A stretch of 56,189 nt of DNA from a bacterium (GTDB lineage Bacteria; Desulfobacterota; DSWW01). Positions 18,249 to 27,790 of the stretch are shown here, piece after piece (position 1 is the first letter of the stretch; the number at the start of each line of letters is the position of its first letter). The DNA lies in assembly GCA_040756235.1 (NCBI GenBank), contig JBFLZG010000152.1, positions 1-56,189 of the forward strand. The letters run 5' to 3'. Under the pieces are notes generated by a model. It made no database searches, was not told the DNA's origin, and was given only the letters and a program-made list of their open reading frames with translations. Position numbers and translations under genes: made by a program.

Positions 18249-18728
18249 ATGATCACGATTCAGTCCAGGATGCACGTGGACGGCATCGGCGGGACGGAGA
18301 TCTTCAACTTTCTCATCGACCCGAGCGATCGCGAGTATCAGAGGTGGTGGCCCGGGACGCACCTGGAGCTCCATGCGCTCGAGCGCCGTCCGAACCACGT
18401 CGGTGACGTCATCTACATGGACGAATTCATCGGGAAGTACAGAATGAAGATGAAGGGGGTCGTCACCGAAGCCGTGGCCGGCAAGAAGATCGTATGGGAG
18501 CCGAAGATCGGCATTCGATTGCCGGTTCGGCTCATCCTGGAGCTCGAGGATGACGCTACGGGCGTTCGCATCACGCACACGATCCGGGCGGGCTTCGAGG
18601 GACCCGGCCGGATTCTCGACCCCCTCTTCAGGATCTATCTCTCCCGTGAGTTCGAACAAGCCATGGACGAGCACGCCAGGATCGAGTTCCCGAAGTTGAG
18701 AGACCTGCTGCGCGGCTCGGCCCGCTAG
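18249..18728 (+). CDS. Hypothetical protein, SRPBCC-like
   Basis: 159-aa ORF with GGAG SD; YQRWWPGTH and HARIEFPKL; fold guessed from residue pattern. Confidence 0.6.
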   Translation: MITIQSRMHVDGIGGTEIFNFLIDPSDREYQRWWPGTHLELHALERRPNHVGDVIYMDEFIGKYRMKMKGVVTEAVAGKKIVWEPKIGIRLPVRLILELEDDATGVRITHTIRAGFEGPGRILDPLFRIYLSREFEQAMDEHARIEFPKLRDLLRGSAR

Positions 18729-18729
18729 C

Positions 18730-18883
18730 TAGAGGCTGTCCCAAAACGCCCATCTGCGGCGTTGCACTCATCCTTCGTCACTGCGGCGTACTTCCATGTA
18801 CGCCTCATTCCTCAGGATTTCGTGCGCCTTGCATCTGGGCATTTTTGAACAGCCTCCAAATCGAGCCTGTTGGACAGGCTCTA
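18730..18883. mobile_element. MITE-like dispersed repeat, copy 3
   Basis: Ends TAGAGGCTGTCC / GGACAGGCTCTA form a terminal inverted repeat; CTAGCTAG is present at both ends (18725-18732 and 18881-18888). Confidence 0.85.
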
Positions 18884-19270
18884 GCTAGCTCCGGTCGCCT
18901 CCTCCATGCGGGCCTTGTACCCAGGACAGCGTGGCTTCCAAACGGCGTGGGCCGTGCGGCAGTTCGAGAGAGGACGGTCGCCGGCTTAGATGCTATTCTG
19001 CGGAATCGCTTCTGGCGGCTGTCGGACAGCGTGCTTGCTGCCACGGCACTGTGCGAATACCTCGCAACCGCGGTCTTTCCTCGCCTGTTCCATTCCCCGT
19101 GCGATTTCGCAGATTCGTCCGCGGCCGGAGAGGCTGGTCGGGATCCCTCGGCCCGGCGCCTCCATGACCGCCTCGGAGGCGCCCGCAGTCCGGCACGGAC
19201 AGGGGCCTGCCCGAACGAATCATCGTTTAAAACAGTAAACAGTTTTGCTTGAAAAAAAATATTATTTTAA

Positions 19271-19371
19271 GGTAATTGACTGGAATAATTACCGGTTTAT
19301 CATGAAGCCGATTTCAGCACCGTAAAATAACGCAATGCTTTCTTGACTTTATAATAATCTTTGACTATATA
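19271..19371 (+). promoter_or_regulatory. AT-rich promoter region with inverted repeat
   Basis: GGTAATT-N9-AATTACC at 19271-19293; TTGACT-N17-TATATA at 19343-19371; GGAGG SD before 19414. Confidence 0.5.
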
Positions 19372-19413
19372 GGTAGTCCTCTGTTCACGTCCCAATGTCC
19401 CGGAGGAGGGCCC

Positions 19414-20424
19414 ATGAAGAAGACAGCTATGCTCGTCTCGGTGCTCGGGATGGTGTGCTGGGGTGTTTTTCTGTCACCCACCTTCACCTATGCCCAGGGC
19501 GTGCCGACGATCGGCATGATTCAGGTGGGCGATTACCAGCCTGTCATGGAACGGCTCGAAGGGCTCGGTTACTCGGTGACGCTCCTGCCCGTCGACTCGG
19601 GGACGGATGCGTTCGAACCCTTCAACATCGTCTACCTGCCGAATGCGTGGGCAAGCTCACCCCAGCTTTACGAGACCCTGCAGGATCGTGCCGACGATTA
19701 CCATGCTTTCGTTCACTCCGGGGGCGGCCTGATGGTGGATCAGCCGAACCCGTCCAATCTGCCGGACGGTTTCTGTTCTCCTTCCCTTCTTCCCTACACG
19801 GTCGAGCTCTATTACGACTATAACTTCGGTGATTACCCGCCTGTGATCGCGGACCCGGATCACTTCATCACCCAGGGGCTCACCGAGGAAGAGATGCCTT
19901 TTCCGGCGGATCGGGTGAGCCTTGCGGACGAGAGCTATGACGTTCTCGTCCGGGGAAGAGCTACCAACACCCCCTCACTTCTGGTGGCCGAGTACGGTAG
20001 CGGCAGGGTTCTCGTGCAGACCTCCTGCCCGGCGGGCGGCATGTACGAGATGAGCGACGAGGTCTATCGCCGCATGCTGAGCTGGGTGTCGAGGATGGAG
20101 GCCCCCGTGCTCACGCTGAACGGAACGGACTGGTTCCTGATCTGCTACGAATTCAGCTTCCAGGGGCGGCTCACGGACTTTTACGGCATGCAGGCCAGGT
20201 TCATCGACATGTATCTTTTCGCAACCAACGAGCAGGGTGAGATTTCCGCTCCCTTCTCCGAAGGCGTGATCGAAGAAGGCGTCGTCTTCTTCTCTCAGTT
20301 CGACGAGCACGGCTTCACGATCTACGCGTGGGGGCTCGGCACCGGCGATCGGCTCTACGGAAAAGTCATCGACACCCGAGGCTTCTTCACGTTCTTTGTC
20401 GGCGTCCCGAGGCTGGTTCCTTGA
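19414..20424 (+). CDS. Secreted hypothetical protein, possible glutamine-amidotransferase-like N-terminal domain
   Basis: Signal peptide ending TYA-Q; FVHSGGGLMV and EYGSGRVLV motifs. Confidence 0.7.
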   Translation: MKKTAMLVSVLGMVCWGVFLSPTFTYAQGVPTIGMIQVGDYQPVMERLEGLGYSVTLLPVDSGTDAFEPFNIVYLPNAWASSPQLYETLQDRADDYHAFVHSGGGLMVDQPNPSNLPDGFCSPSLLPYTVELYYDYNFGDYPPVIADPDHFITQGLTEEEMPFPADRVSLADESYDVLVRGRATNTPSLLVAEYGSGRVLVQTSCPAGGMYEMSDEVYRRMLSWVSRMEAPVLTLNGTDWFLICYEFSFQGRLTDFYGMQARFIDMYLFATNEQGEISAPFSEGVIEEGVVFFSQFDEHGFTIYAWGLGTGDRLYGKVIDTRGFFTFFVGVPRLVP

Positions 20425-20508
20425 CGGGATGCTGAGTCGCGTTTCAAGCGGCATCCGGCAATGAAGACGAGGGAAAGCGCGAACGCTCTTGAATCGGGAG
20501 ACACTGCG

Positions 20509-21702
20509 ATGAGAAGAACGCCTGCCTGCAGAGTTTGTATCTTTGCCGTCCTCGTGATGCTGAACGTGGTGGCCATTCCTCAGGCCCAGGCTCTCGACCA
20601 GATGCGGGTCGAAAGGGTCTTCAATCCGCTGCCTCCCGGCACCCTGTCCACCGGAGGGATGACCTCGGACGGCGAGTACCTCTACGTGTCCTGCCCGGAG
20701 GATCAGGTCATCTTCCAGATCGATCCGGACACGGAAAGCGTGGTGAACCGATTCGACTGGACCCTGAGCGAGCGGCCCTTCGGCCTGGCCTATGACGGTT
20801 GGTTCTACTACGTATCGGACCAGAAGACCAACGTGATCTTCGTGCTGGACAAGAATTTCGGTCTCGTCACGAGATTCAACGGGCCGGAGATCGAGCAGCG
20901 GGACATGTGCTTCACCGCCCAGGGAGAGCTCCTCGTCGCCACGGCCGAAACCTCCAAGATCTGGTTCCTCGACCTTCGGTCCCGACGGCCCAAAGAAGCG
21001 AGCTTCATCGACCTGAACGACACCTACATGAACCAGCCCCAGGGGCTTGCCTTCGACGGGCAGAACCTGTGGCACACCAACACGAACGCGATGGACATGA
21101 ACCTCATGTACCGGATGGACCTCCAGGGCAACATCCTGAACGTGCTCAGCCTCCCCGGCTACGTCACGGGTCTGGCCTGGCGCATGGAGGACTTGTTCGG
21201 AGTCGATTACGTTACCGGCACCTTCTTCCAGTTCGACATGAGCAACCTGTTCGAGCTCCCCTGGGCGGACCTCCAGACCCCCGGCACGGCCGTCGTGGGG
21301 TCCCCGTTTGCGCTGTACTGCGACTTCTACAATGAAGATATGCTGATGCCGGATGGCTTCGCCGGCGCCTTCGGGCTGGGCTGCATGTTCGAGGGCGACT
21401 GGGAATACTATCCCTTCTACTGGACCGGTATCTATCTTCCGTATCTCACCATCTATCCGGGCATTCAGGTGCTCGACCTCGCGAGCTTCCCGGAGCTTCC
21501 GGCGCCGGGCTTCTATTTTGTCTCGGTTCTCCTCACTGCGGAGCTGGAGCTCGTGAGCTACGACTATGAGGCGGTCGAGGTGATCGACGGCCCGCAAAGC
21601 CCTCGGGCGTCGCCCCGTGCTGAGTTGGATCAGAAGGTGAAGCAGGGACTGGAGAAGTACCTGGAGCGCGCCCGCCTGAAGAGAGCTGCCTCCGGACGGT
21701 AG
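20509..21702 (+). CDS. Secreted protein with beta-propeller-like repeats
   Basis: Signal peptide ending AQA; repeats GMTSDGEYLYV, GLAYDGWFYYV and GLAFDGQNLW. Confidence 0.7.
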   Translation: MRRTPACRVCIFAVLVMLNVVAIPQAQALDQMRVERVFNPLPPGTLSTGGMTSDGEYLYVSCPEDQVIFQIDPDTESVVNRFDWTLSERPFGLAYDGWFYYVSDQKTNVIFVLDKNFGLVTRFNGPEIEQRDMCFTAQGELLVATAETSKIWFLDLRSRRPKEASFIDLNDTYMNQPQGLAFDGQNLWHTNTNAMDMNLMYRMDLQGNILNVLSLPGYVTGLAWRMEDLFGVDYVTGTFFQFDMSNLFELPWADLQTPGTAVVGSPFALYCDFYNEDMLMPDGFAGAFGLGCMFEGDWEYYPFYWTGIYLPYLTIYPGIQVLDLASFPELPAPGFYFVSVLLTAELELVSYDYEAVEVIDGPQSPRASPRAELDQKVKQGLEKYLERARLKRAASGR

Positions 21703-21984
21703 GGATCGGGCACAGAAAGCCTTCCGAGCCGAGGCCCCGAGACTCACGGCCGCCTGCCTGAGGCAGGCACGGTATCATGCCTGCCCCCGGCTCACCGGCT
21801 TCCGATGCGAGGGACCGCGCCCCGTTCTCTGCGGTCTCGCGCCTGCCGCTCATGAGAGGCAGGGGCGGGATGACGGCGTGCAGGCTTCGGAACGTAACAT
21901 ATAGGTTGGAAATACCCACCCGATCGTTTTCCGCCAGAGCCGAGTTCTGCTAGTGACTCTCAGACAAATAGCGGAGGTGTATCT

Positions 21985-23745
21985 ATGTTGCGTCTGTTGT
22001 TCCTGATTCCTCTCTTGACGGCTTCCATGGTTTTCGCCGCAACGCCAACCGACTACTCCACGGACATGGTCATACTGGACGGACGTGAGATTGTGCAGAC
22101 CCTGAAACTCTATGTCTCGGGCGAGAAATCCCGCCTGGAAGGGATGACGGCAGGGCCTCTCGGCCCCATCGTCACCATCTCCAGGAAGGACAGGGGGGTT
22201 GTCTGGACCCTTTTTGTGAACAAGAAACAATACAGCGAGCAGTCCCTGGCCGCAAACCCTGCGCTCGGAAAGGCGGATTTGAGCAGTTTCGATCTTGTCG
22301 GCGCGGAAAAGGAAATTCTGGGCAAGGAAAAGGTGATGGGCCACCCGTGTACGAAGATGCGTGTCAAGGCCGGAGCCCTGCCCAACGGGCAGCCCATGAC
22401 CAGCATGGTCTGGGTCGCCGATGACGTTGGGCTGCCGATTCGCCTGGAAGCCATGGGAATCGTGCAGGAGAACCGGAACGTCCGTACAGGCCCGCAACCT
22501 TCCGCTCTCTTTGAGATTCCTCCGGGTTTTGAGAGGACGGATGCGCCTGGTATGCGAGTGGGAACGGCCCCTCCGAGCACCCCGACAACAAAGGCAAAGA
22601 AGGCAAAGCCCGTGAGCCAGAAGGCCAAGGCCCTGACCGGGCATCTGCCGCCGGAACCGTCCATCGATTCATTGGAAGCCGACGCACTGGAGATCCTTCG
22701 CTGCACTTCGGGGGAAGTGGCCGCAGCCCGATTGGCCGATGACGGCTACGCCATGCCGGGCGCCTTCACCGACGATCAGACCCTGTACTGGCGTAATGCC
22801 GGACCTATAGGCGCAGCCCTCGAGCTCCGCCTTCCGGTCCGGAAGACAGGACGCTACCGGCTGACGCTGCACCTTGGACAATACCGTACGTTTGGAAAGT
22901 TCCAGCTCTTCGTCAACCGCACCCCTGTTGGCCGACCCGTGGACTTCTTCGGCTTTCCCGAGAAGGATGAAGTCGTTCCGTTCACCGTGGATCTGGGGGA
23001 GGTGGTTCTCCATGAAGGCGACAATCAGCTCATGCTGAAACTGGCGGGCACGAATCCCGCAACAGTCATGCCGGATCACGGTGCCTGTATCGATTGGGTG
23101 GAGTTGACCTTCAGGGGAGGCGAGGAAAACGGGGATAGCGGCGGGGCAAACGGATCGACCGGCCAGGACCCAAGTGATGATGCGCCCGCAGCTGCGGTCC
23201 CGACGGTTCCTACGGCTCCTACGGGTCCGACAGTCCCGACAGTGACCGGCGGTTCAGACGAGCCGACGGGCCGGGCAGTATTCATGGAAGCAGACACTCT
23301 GGAGGTGATCCGGTGCACATCAGGGGAAGTGATGCCGAGAAAGCTGGCCGCAGACGGCTATGCGGACGAAGGGGTTTTCACCGGTGATCTGTCACTCCAG
23401 TGGCATGATGCAGGGGAACCCGGGGCTGTGCTGGAACTGGCCCTTCCCGTGGAGAAAGAGGGCCGATACACGGTGTCGGTTCAGGTCGCCAGGTACAGGA
23501 CGTACGCCATCCATCAGTTTCTCATCAATGGGAAACCCCTTGGAAAGCCGGTGGATATGTTCGGCAATCCGGGCCACGACATCGTAACGGCGTTTACCGT
23601 GGATCTTGGGAGAGCGGATCTGAAGGCTGGCGTGAACATCCTTGGCGTTCGCCTGACCGGAACGAACCCGGATACGATCATGGCCAACCACGGGGCCGGT
23701 CTGGACTGGATCAGCCTCACCCCGGCGGGGAGAGCGGGAAAGTGA
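21985..23745 (+). CDS. Secreted multidomain protein: DUF4412/LolA-like N-domain plus two tandem CBM-like domains
   Basis: Signal peptide; LGKEKVMGHPC...QPSALFEIPPGF; duplicated EADxLE..RCTSGEV...DW domains separated by a Pro/Thr linker. Confidence 0.7.
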   Translation: MLRLLFLIPLLTASMVFAATPTDYSTDMVILDGREIVQTLKLYVSGEKSRLEGMTAGPLGPIVTISRKDRGVVWTLFVNKKQYSEQSLAANPALGKADLSSFDLVGAEKEILGKEKVMGHPCTKMRVKAGALPNGQPMTSMVWVADDVGLPIRLEAMGIVQENRNVRTGPQPSALFEIPPGFERTDAPGMRVGTAPPSTPTTKAKKAKPVSQKAKALTGHLPPEPSIDSLEADALEILRCTSGEVAAARLADDGYAMPGAFTDDQTLYWRNAGPIGAALELRLPVRKTGRYRLTLHLGQYRTFGKFQLFVNRTPVGRPVDFFGFPEKDEVVPFTVDLGEVVLHEGDNQLMLKLAGTNPATVMPDHGACIDWVELTFRGGEENGDSGGANGSTGQDPSDDAPAAAVPTVPTAPTGPTVPTVTGGSDEPTGRAVFMEADTLEVIRCTSGEVMPRKLAADGYADEGVFTGDLSLQWHDAGEPGAVLELALPVEKEGRYTVSVQVARYRTYAIHQFLINGKPLGKPVDMFGNPGHDIVTAFTVDLGRADLKAGVNILGVRLTGTNPDTIMANHGAGLDWISLTPAGRAGK

Positions 23746-23828
23746 TGCGATCCCGGCGCTCCCGGTGCGGGTCTCTGAAATCGATTTTCCAATGATCAGG
23801 AGCTTCCTTGTGGGAAAGGGAAAAGAAA

Positions 23829-24353
23829 ATGAAATTCAGAAAGAGCGGGTTCTGGATGACAGGACTTCTGTTGGTTCTGGGTATGATGCCGGCAAGCGGA
23901 TGCGGTGAAAAGAAATCCGAGGAAAAAGCGGCTGAAAAGGCTGCCGAGGCCATCATGAAGGCGAGTCTTGGCAGGGATGTGGAGGTGAACATTGAGGAGG
24001 GAAAGGTTGAAATTAGTGACAAAGAATCCAGGACTGAGATCGCCGACACGTCCGCATGGCCTTCGGACATGTTTTCGGATGTTCCTCGATTCACCTTCGG
24101 AAAGATCGAACATGTGAGTAAATCCCGCGAACAGGGGGGCATGCAGAAATTCAACGTCCACCTGGCCGGTATTGAGAACGATGCCATGAACCGGTACGCG
24201 GATATGCTGAAAGAAAGCGGCTGGGAGATCACGCTTACTCAGTTGGGGACCCAGGGTGGCATGTTGAGCGGGCAGAAGAACAACTTGGGCATCAGCTTTC
24301 CCTATAATCTGGAAAGCCATGACGGCGTGTTGATGGTATTTGGCACGCCTTAG
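23829..24353 (+). CDS. Putative lipoprotein
   Basis: Basic N-terminus, hydrophobic stretch and lipobox-like ASG-C. Confidence 0.7.
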   Translation: MKFRKSGFWMTGLLLVLGMMPASGCGEKKSEEKAAEKAAEAIMKASLGRDVEVNIEEGKVEISDKESRTEIADTSAWPSDMFSDVPRFTFGKIEHVSKSREQGGMQKFNVHLAGIENDAMNRYADMLKESGWEITLTQLGTQGGMLSGQKNNLGISFPYNLESHDGVLMVFGTP

Positions 24354-24628
24354 TACATGTCTGCGTAAATACGCTAACGTATTTGTGTGCGGGAGCGAGC
24401 TGGCGATGACGCTGCCAATGCCCGATTTTGCGAGGAGGCTTTGCGACGTGGCAGCCCCCCTGTTTCGGGGGATCGCCACGCTCGCGACTCTGAATCCGCG
24501 GTAATCCCGAGGCGCCGGGGCTCGCTCGCGACATCTGGCTCTTGCAGGCCGTCCGTTGCCACGTCTCCTCTCGCAGACCGGCCGCGCCGGTCGGCGGAGT
24601 ATGTTACCGAACTTATGAACCAGTGTAC
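24353..24628. mobile_element. Possible second MITE-like element
   Basis: Imperfect terminal inverted repeats GTACA...TGTAC flanked by TTA on both sides (24350-24352 and 24629-24631). Confidence 0.35.
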
Positions 24629-24706
24629 TTAGGAAAGAACATCCTATCTGAACAAGAACGTCTGGCTGGCTCCTCCCATCGTGATCAGACGTTGAATGCA
24701 GACAAG

Positions 24707-25345
24707 TCAGGATTTCATGGGAAGAGGGCCGGCGCGCCAACTCCGCTCGTCCTGTCCGCGTTCCCTGTACCAGGACAGCGCGGCTTCGAGACGGTCGTTG
24801 CCCCAGAACAGCTCCTCGCCCGCGACGAAGGTGGGCGCACCGAAGATCCCGAGGGCGGCCGCACGCTCCATGCGCATGCGCAGCTTCTCCTTGCTCTCCG
24901 GGGACTGGGCCTCCTCCAAGACAGCGCCTGCAGGCTGATCCAGACGCTCGAGAATGCCCGCGAGCACGGTCGGGTCCGCGATATCCTGGTCCTCGGCGAA
25001 ATTGGCGCGGAAGACGGACCTCACGAACTCCTCGAGCCAGGGCTCCCCGCCGAACCGGCAGGCGATGCGCGCGGCCAGCAGGCTGTTGCGCGGGAACTGC
25101 GTGGGCCGCCGGAACGGGATGGCAAGCCCGGCGCAGATGCGTTCCAGGTCGCGCCACATGTAACGCCCCTTGGCCGGATAAAGATTGAAGGGAGAATCAT
25201 TCCACCCTTGAGCGCGGAAAATGGGGCCGAGCAGCATCGCCTTCCAGACCAGAGGCACTCCCTGCGAGCGGGCCAGCTCTTCGACCCGCATGGCTGCGGG
25301 GTAGGAGTACGTACTGGCGAACTCGAACCAGAATTCCAGCGCCAT
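24707..25345 (-). CDS. 2-hydroxychromene-2-carboxylate isomerase / DsbA-family protein
   Basis: LEFWFEFASTYSY and GIFGAPTFVAGEELFWGNDRL motifs. Confidence 0.9.
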   Translation of the reverse strand: MALEFWFEFASTYSYPAAMRVEELARSQGVPLVWKAMLLGPIFRAQGWNDSPFNLYPAKGRYMWRDLERICAGLAIPFRRPTQFPRNSLLAARIACRFGGEPWLEEFVRSVFRANFAEDQDIADPTVLAGILERLDQPAGAVLEEAQSPESKEKLRMRMERAAALGIFGAPTFVAGEELFWGNDRLEAALSWYRERGQDERSWRAGPLPMKS

Positions 25346-25484
25346 GTCACCCTCCTTGCGAACTTACGAAACCCTGCTCGGGGGAACGCGTCCCTTTACA
25401 CATTGGATTCATCCAAGGTGGAAGGCGGCTTCTCTGCAGTCGGCTGCGGTCCTCCTGCATCGGTGAGGTAGAGGGCACACGCAC

Positions 25485-26186
25485 ATGAGCGGGAATTCAA
25501 GAGAGCTTGGCGCCACGGCGGACTCCCCGGGTCTCCACGAGGTGAACACAGGGCCTCTGCGCTATCTGCTCTCGATCCCCTCCTCGGCTCCAGCCGCAGC
25601 GGACCTCTTTCCCGTCCTGGTCTTTCTCCACGGCTACGACGAGGCTGCGCCGCGGAGCCTGCGACAGGCGCTCACCCTTCACGGCCCTTTGCGGCCCGGG
25701 AGCGCGCCACAAGCGGTCGGGCGCTTCCTCGTGGTCGCTCCGCAGCTCCCGGCGCGCATCGGAGACGTGTGGCACAGGTTTGCCGATGCGGTCATGCGGA
25801 TTGCGGCCGAAGAGCAGCAGACCCATCGCGGAGACCCGCAGAGGACGTACCTCACCGGCTTCAGCTTCGGCGCCAATGGAGTATTCGATCTCGCCCTGGC
25901 CCAGACCGACTTCTGGGCGGCCCTCTGGCCGGTGGACCCGACGCGGGTGCCCCGCACGGACCCGCGGCGCCCGGTCTGGCTCTCCCTGGGGCAGGTGTCC
26001 CGCCCTCTCACGGCCAAGCTCATCGCCGCCTTGAGGCTGAAACCGGCCGGCACCGTCGAGGCAGAGGCCGGAGACCGCCTCTATCTCGACGCGGGGCAGG
26101 ACCACGTGGGCTCGGCCGCCTTCGCCTACCGCGACGACCGGATCTACGACTGGATCCTCTCCAAGCGCCTGGCGTCTCCGCCGTAG
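25485..26186 (+). CDS. Alpha/beta hydrolase (esterase or peptidase-like)
   Basis: PVLVFLHG, VVAPQ and RTYLTGFSFGANG (GxSxG nucleophile elbow). Confidence 0.75.
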   Translation: MSGNSRELGATADSPGLHEVNTGPLRYLLSIPSSAPAAADLFPVLVFLHGYDEAAPRSLRQALTLHGPLRPGSAPQAVGRFLVVAPQLPARIGDVWHRFADAVMRIAAEEQQTHRGDPQRTYLTGFSFGANGVFDLALAQTDFWAALWPVDPTRVPRTDPRRPVWLSLGQVSRPLTAKLIAALRLKPAGTVEAEAGDRLYLDAGQDHVGSAAFAYRDDRIYDWILSKRLASPP

Positions 26187-26395
26187 TCCCGGCCCAGTTG
26201 ACCCCTGGGGGTTCCTCCAACCGGGCCCGACCCGATCCGAGGGAGTCCTGGAGTTTGTCAACCGGCTCAGCCAGGGCAGCTCTCAGGGAGAGGACAGGTT
26301 GCGATCCTGCGGCAAACAGGGTCCCGCAGGCAGCGGCTGACGGCTGCGGCACGTGGCCAGAATCCATCACGGCAGAGGGCGAGGTACGCTGCGAA

Positions 26396-27046
26396 TTGGT
26401 CGAGCTGGACCGACAGACGGATTACTGGGACCGGGTAGCGGACGCCAAGACGTTCTCTCATCCGGTCGAGCTGCCCCTGCTCCGGCGCTTTCTCCCTCTC
26501 GAGTCGAGAATCCTCGATTACGGGTGCGGGTACGGGCGGCTCGGCGCCGAGCTGAGCCGGGCCGGCTATACCAACGTCACAGGCGTCGACATCTCTGAGC
26601 AAATGATCGAACGGGGCAGGCGCGCCCATCCGGCGCTGGATCTGAGGGTGGCCGGCGAGCTGCCTCTGCCGTTTAGCACCGCTTCCTTTGACGCCGTGCT
26701 TCTCTTTGCGGTCCTGACCTGCGTCCCTTCAGATGCAGGCCAGAAGGAAATCGTTCGGGAGATCGAACGGGTCCTCTCTCCGTCAGGGCTCCTGTACGCG
26801 AGCGACTACCCGCTGCAGGAGGACGAGAAGAACCGCAGTCGATACGGATCCTGCGCGGAGAGATATGGAAAGTACGGTGTGTTCGAGCTTCCTGAGGGGG
26901 CGGTGATGCGCCACCACGATCCCGCCTGGATCCGCGAGCTGCTTTCAGGCTTCGAGCCCCTGTCCTACGAAGTGATTCCGATCCGGACCATGAACGGGAG
27001 CCAGGCGAGGGCCTTTCAGCTTCTCGGAAGGAAGAGGCGCAATTGA
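26396..27046 (+). CDS. Class I SAM-dependent methyltransferase
   Basis: ILDYGCGYGR and ASFDAVLLFAVLTC motifs; TTG start uncertain. Confidence 0.85.
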   Translation: MVELDRQTDYWDRVADAKTFSHPVELPLLRRFLPLESRILDYGCGYGRLGAELSRAGYTNVTGVDISEQMIERGRRAHPALDLRVAGELPLPFSTASFDAVLLFAVLTCVPSDAGQKEIVREIERVLSPSGLLYASDYPLQEDEKNRSRYGSCAERYGKYGVFELPEGAVMRHHDPAWIRELLSGFEPLSYEVIPIRTMNGSQARAFQLLGRKRRN

Positions 27047-27086
27047 CGTCCTTCTGAAGGAGGACTTGGAGGTCTCGAGGCGTGCC

Positions 27087-27545
27087 ATGCAGGAGGGCTT
27101 TCATTTCAGAGCATTCGGTCGAGACGATCTGCCCGAGCTGGAGCAGATGGTCCTCGCTCTCTACCAGGAGGATCCCCCCGGAGAGGAAATGTCCCGGGAA
27201 AAGATCCGACGCACGGTCGAGGAGCTGACCCTCCGTGCCGACAAGGGCGTGATCTTGCTCTTCTGGGCAGGCCGGGCCGTGGTCGGTTATGCGATCGTGA
27301 TCCACTACTGGAGCAATGAGTACGGCGGCAACGTCGAGGTCATCGACGAGCTGTACGTGAAGCCTCCCTGGCGCGGGAAAGGGATCGGCACGGCCTTTCT
27401 GGGGCATCTTTGCGCTGCAGGAGAGGGCGGCGGGACAAAGGGGCTGGCGCTGGAAGTGACGCCCGCGAACCAGCGGGCCCTGGCCTACTACCGCCGGCAG
27501 GGTCTCAGGCCGGCGAAGAACCGGCATTTATTCAAGAAGCTCTGA
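27087..27545 (+). CDS. GNAT-family N-acetyltransferase
   Basis: IDELYVKPPWRGKGIG and NQRALAYYRRQG motifs. Confidence 0.85.
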   Translation: MQEGFHFRAFGRDDLPELEQMVLALYQEDPPGEEMSREKIRRTVEELTLRADKGVILLFWAGRAVVGYAIVIHYWSNEYGGNVEVIDELYVKPPWRGKGIGTAFLGHLCAAGEGGGTKGLALEVTPANQRALAYYRRQGLRPAKNRHLFKKL

Positions 27546-27790
27546 TCCGGTTTGCCGTCGAGAGAACGGGCTGGAGGTTCGAGGCACATTCCCGAGGCAC
27601 TTCGTTCCTGACAAACAGAGGCTGATAGACCTTCTCTCAAGCCGGGAAACGACTCCTCCGATGCTTCCGGGTGAATCGGAAAATCAACCGTTGTCTTTAA
27701 TGAAACTCTTTGTCATTTTCCTTTCCCTGCCCTAGAATAGCCCCTCATCTCCAATTTCCTCCTGACAGACTCTCGCTCCGGAGACGCACC

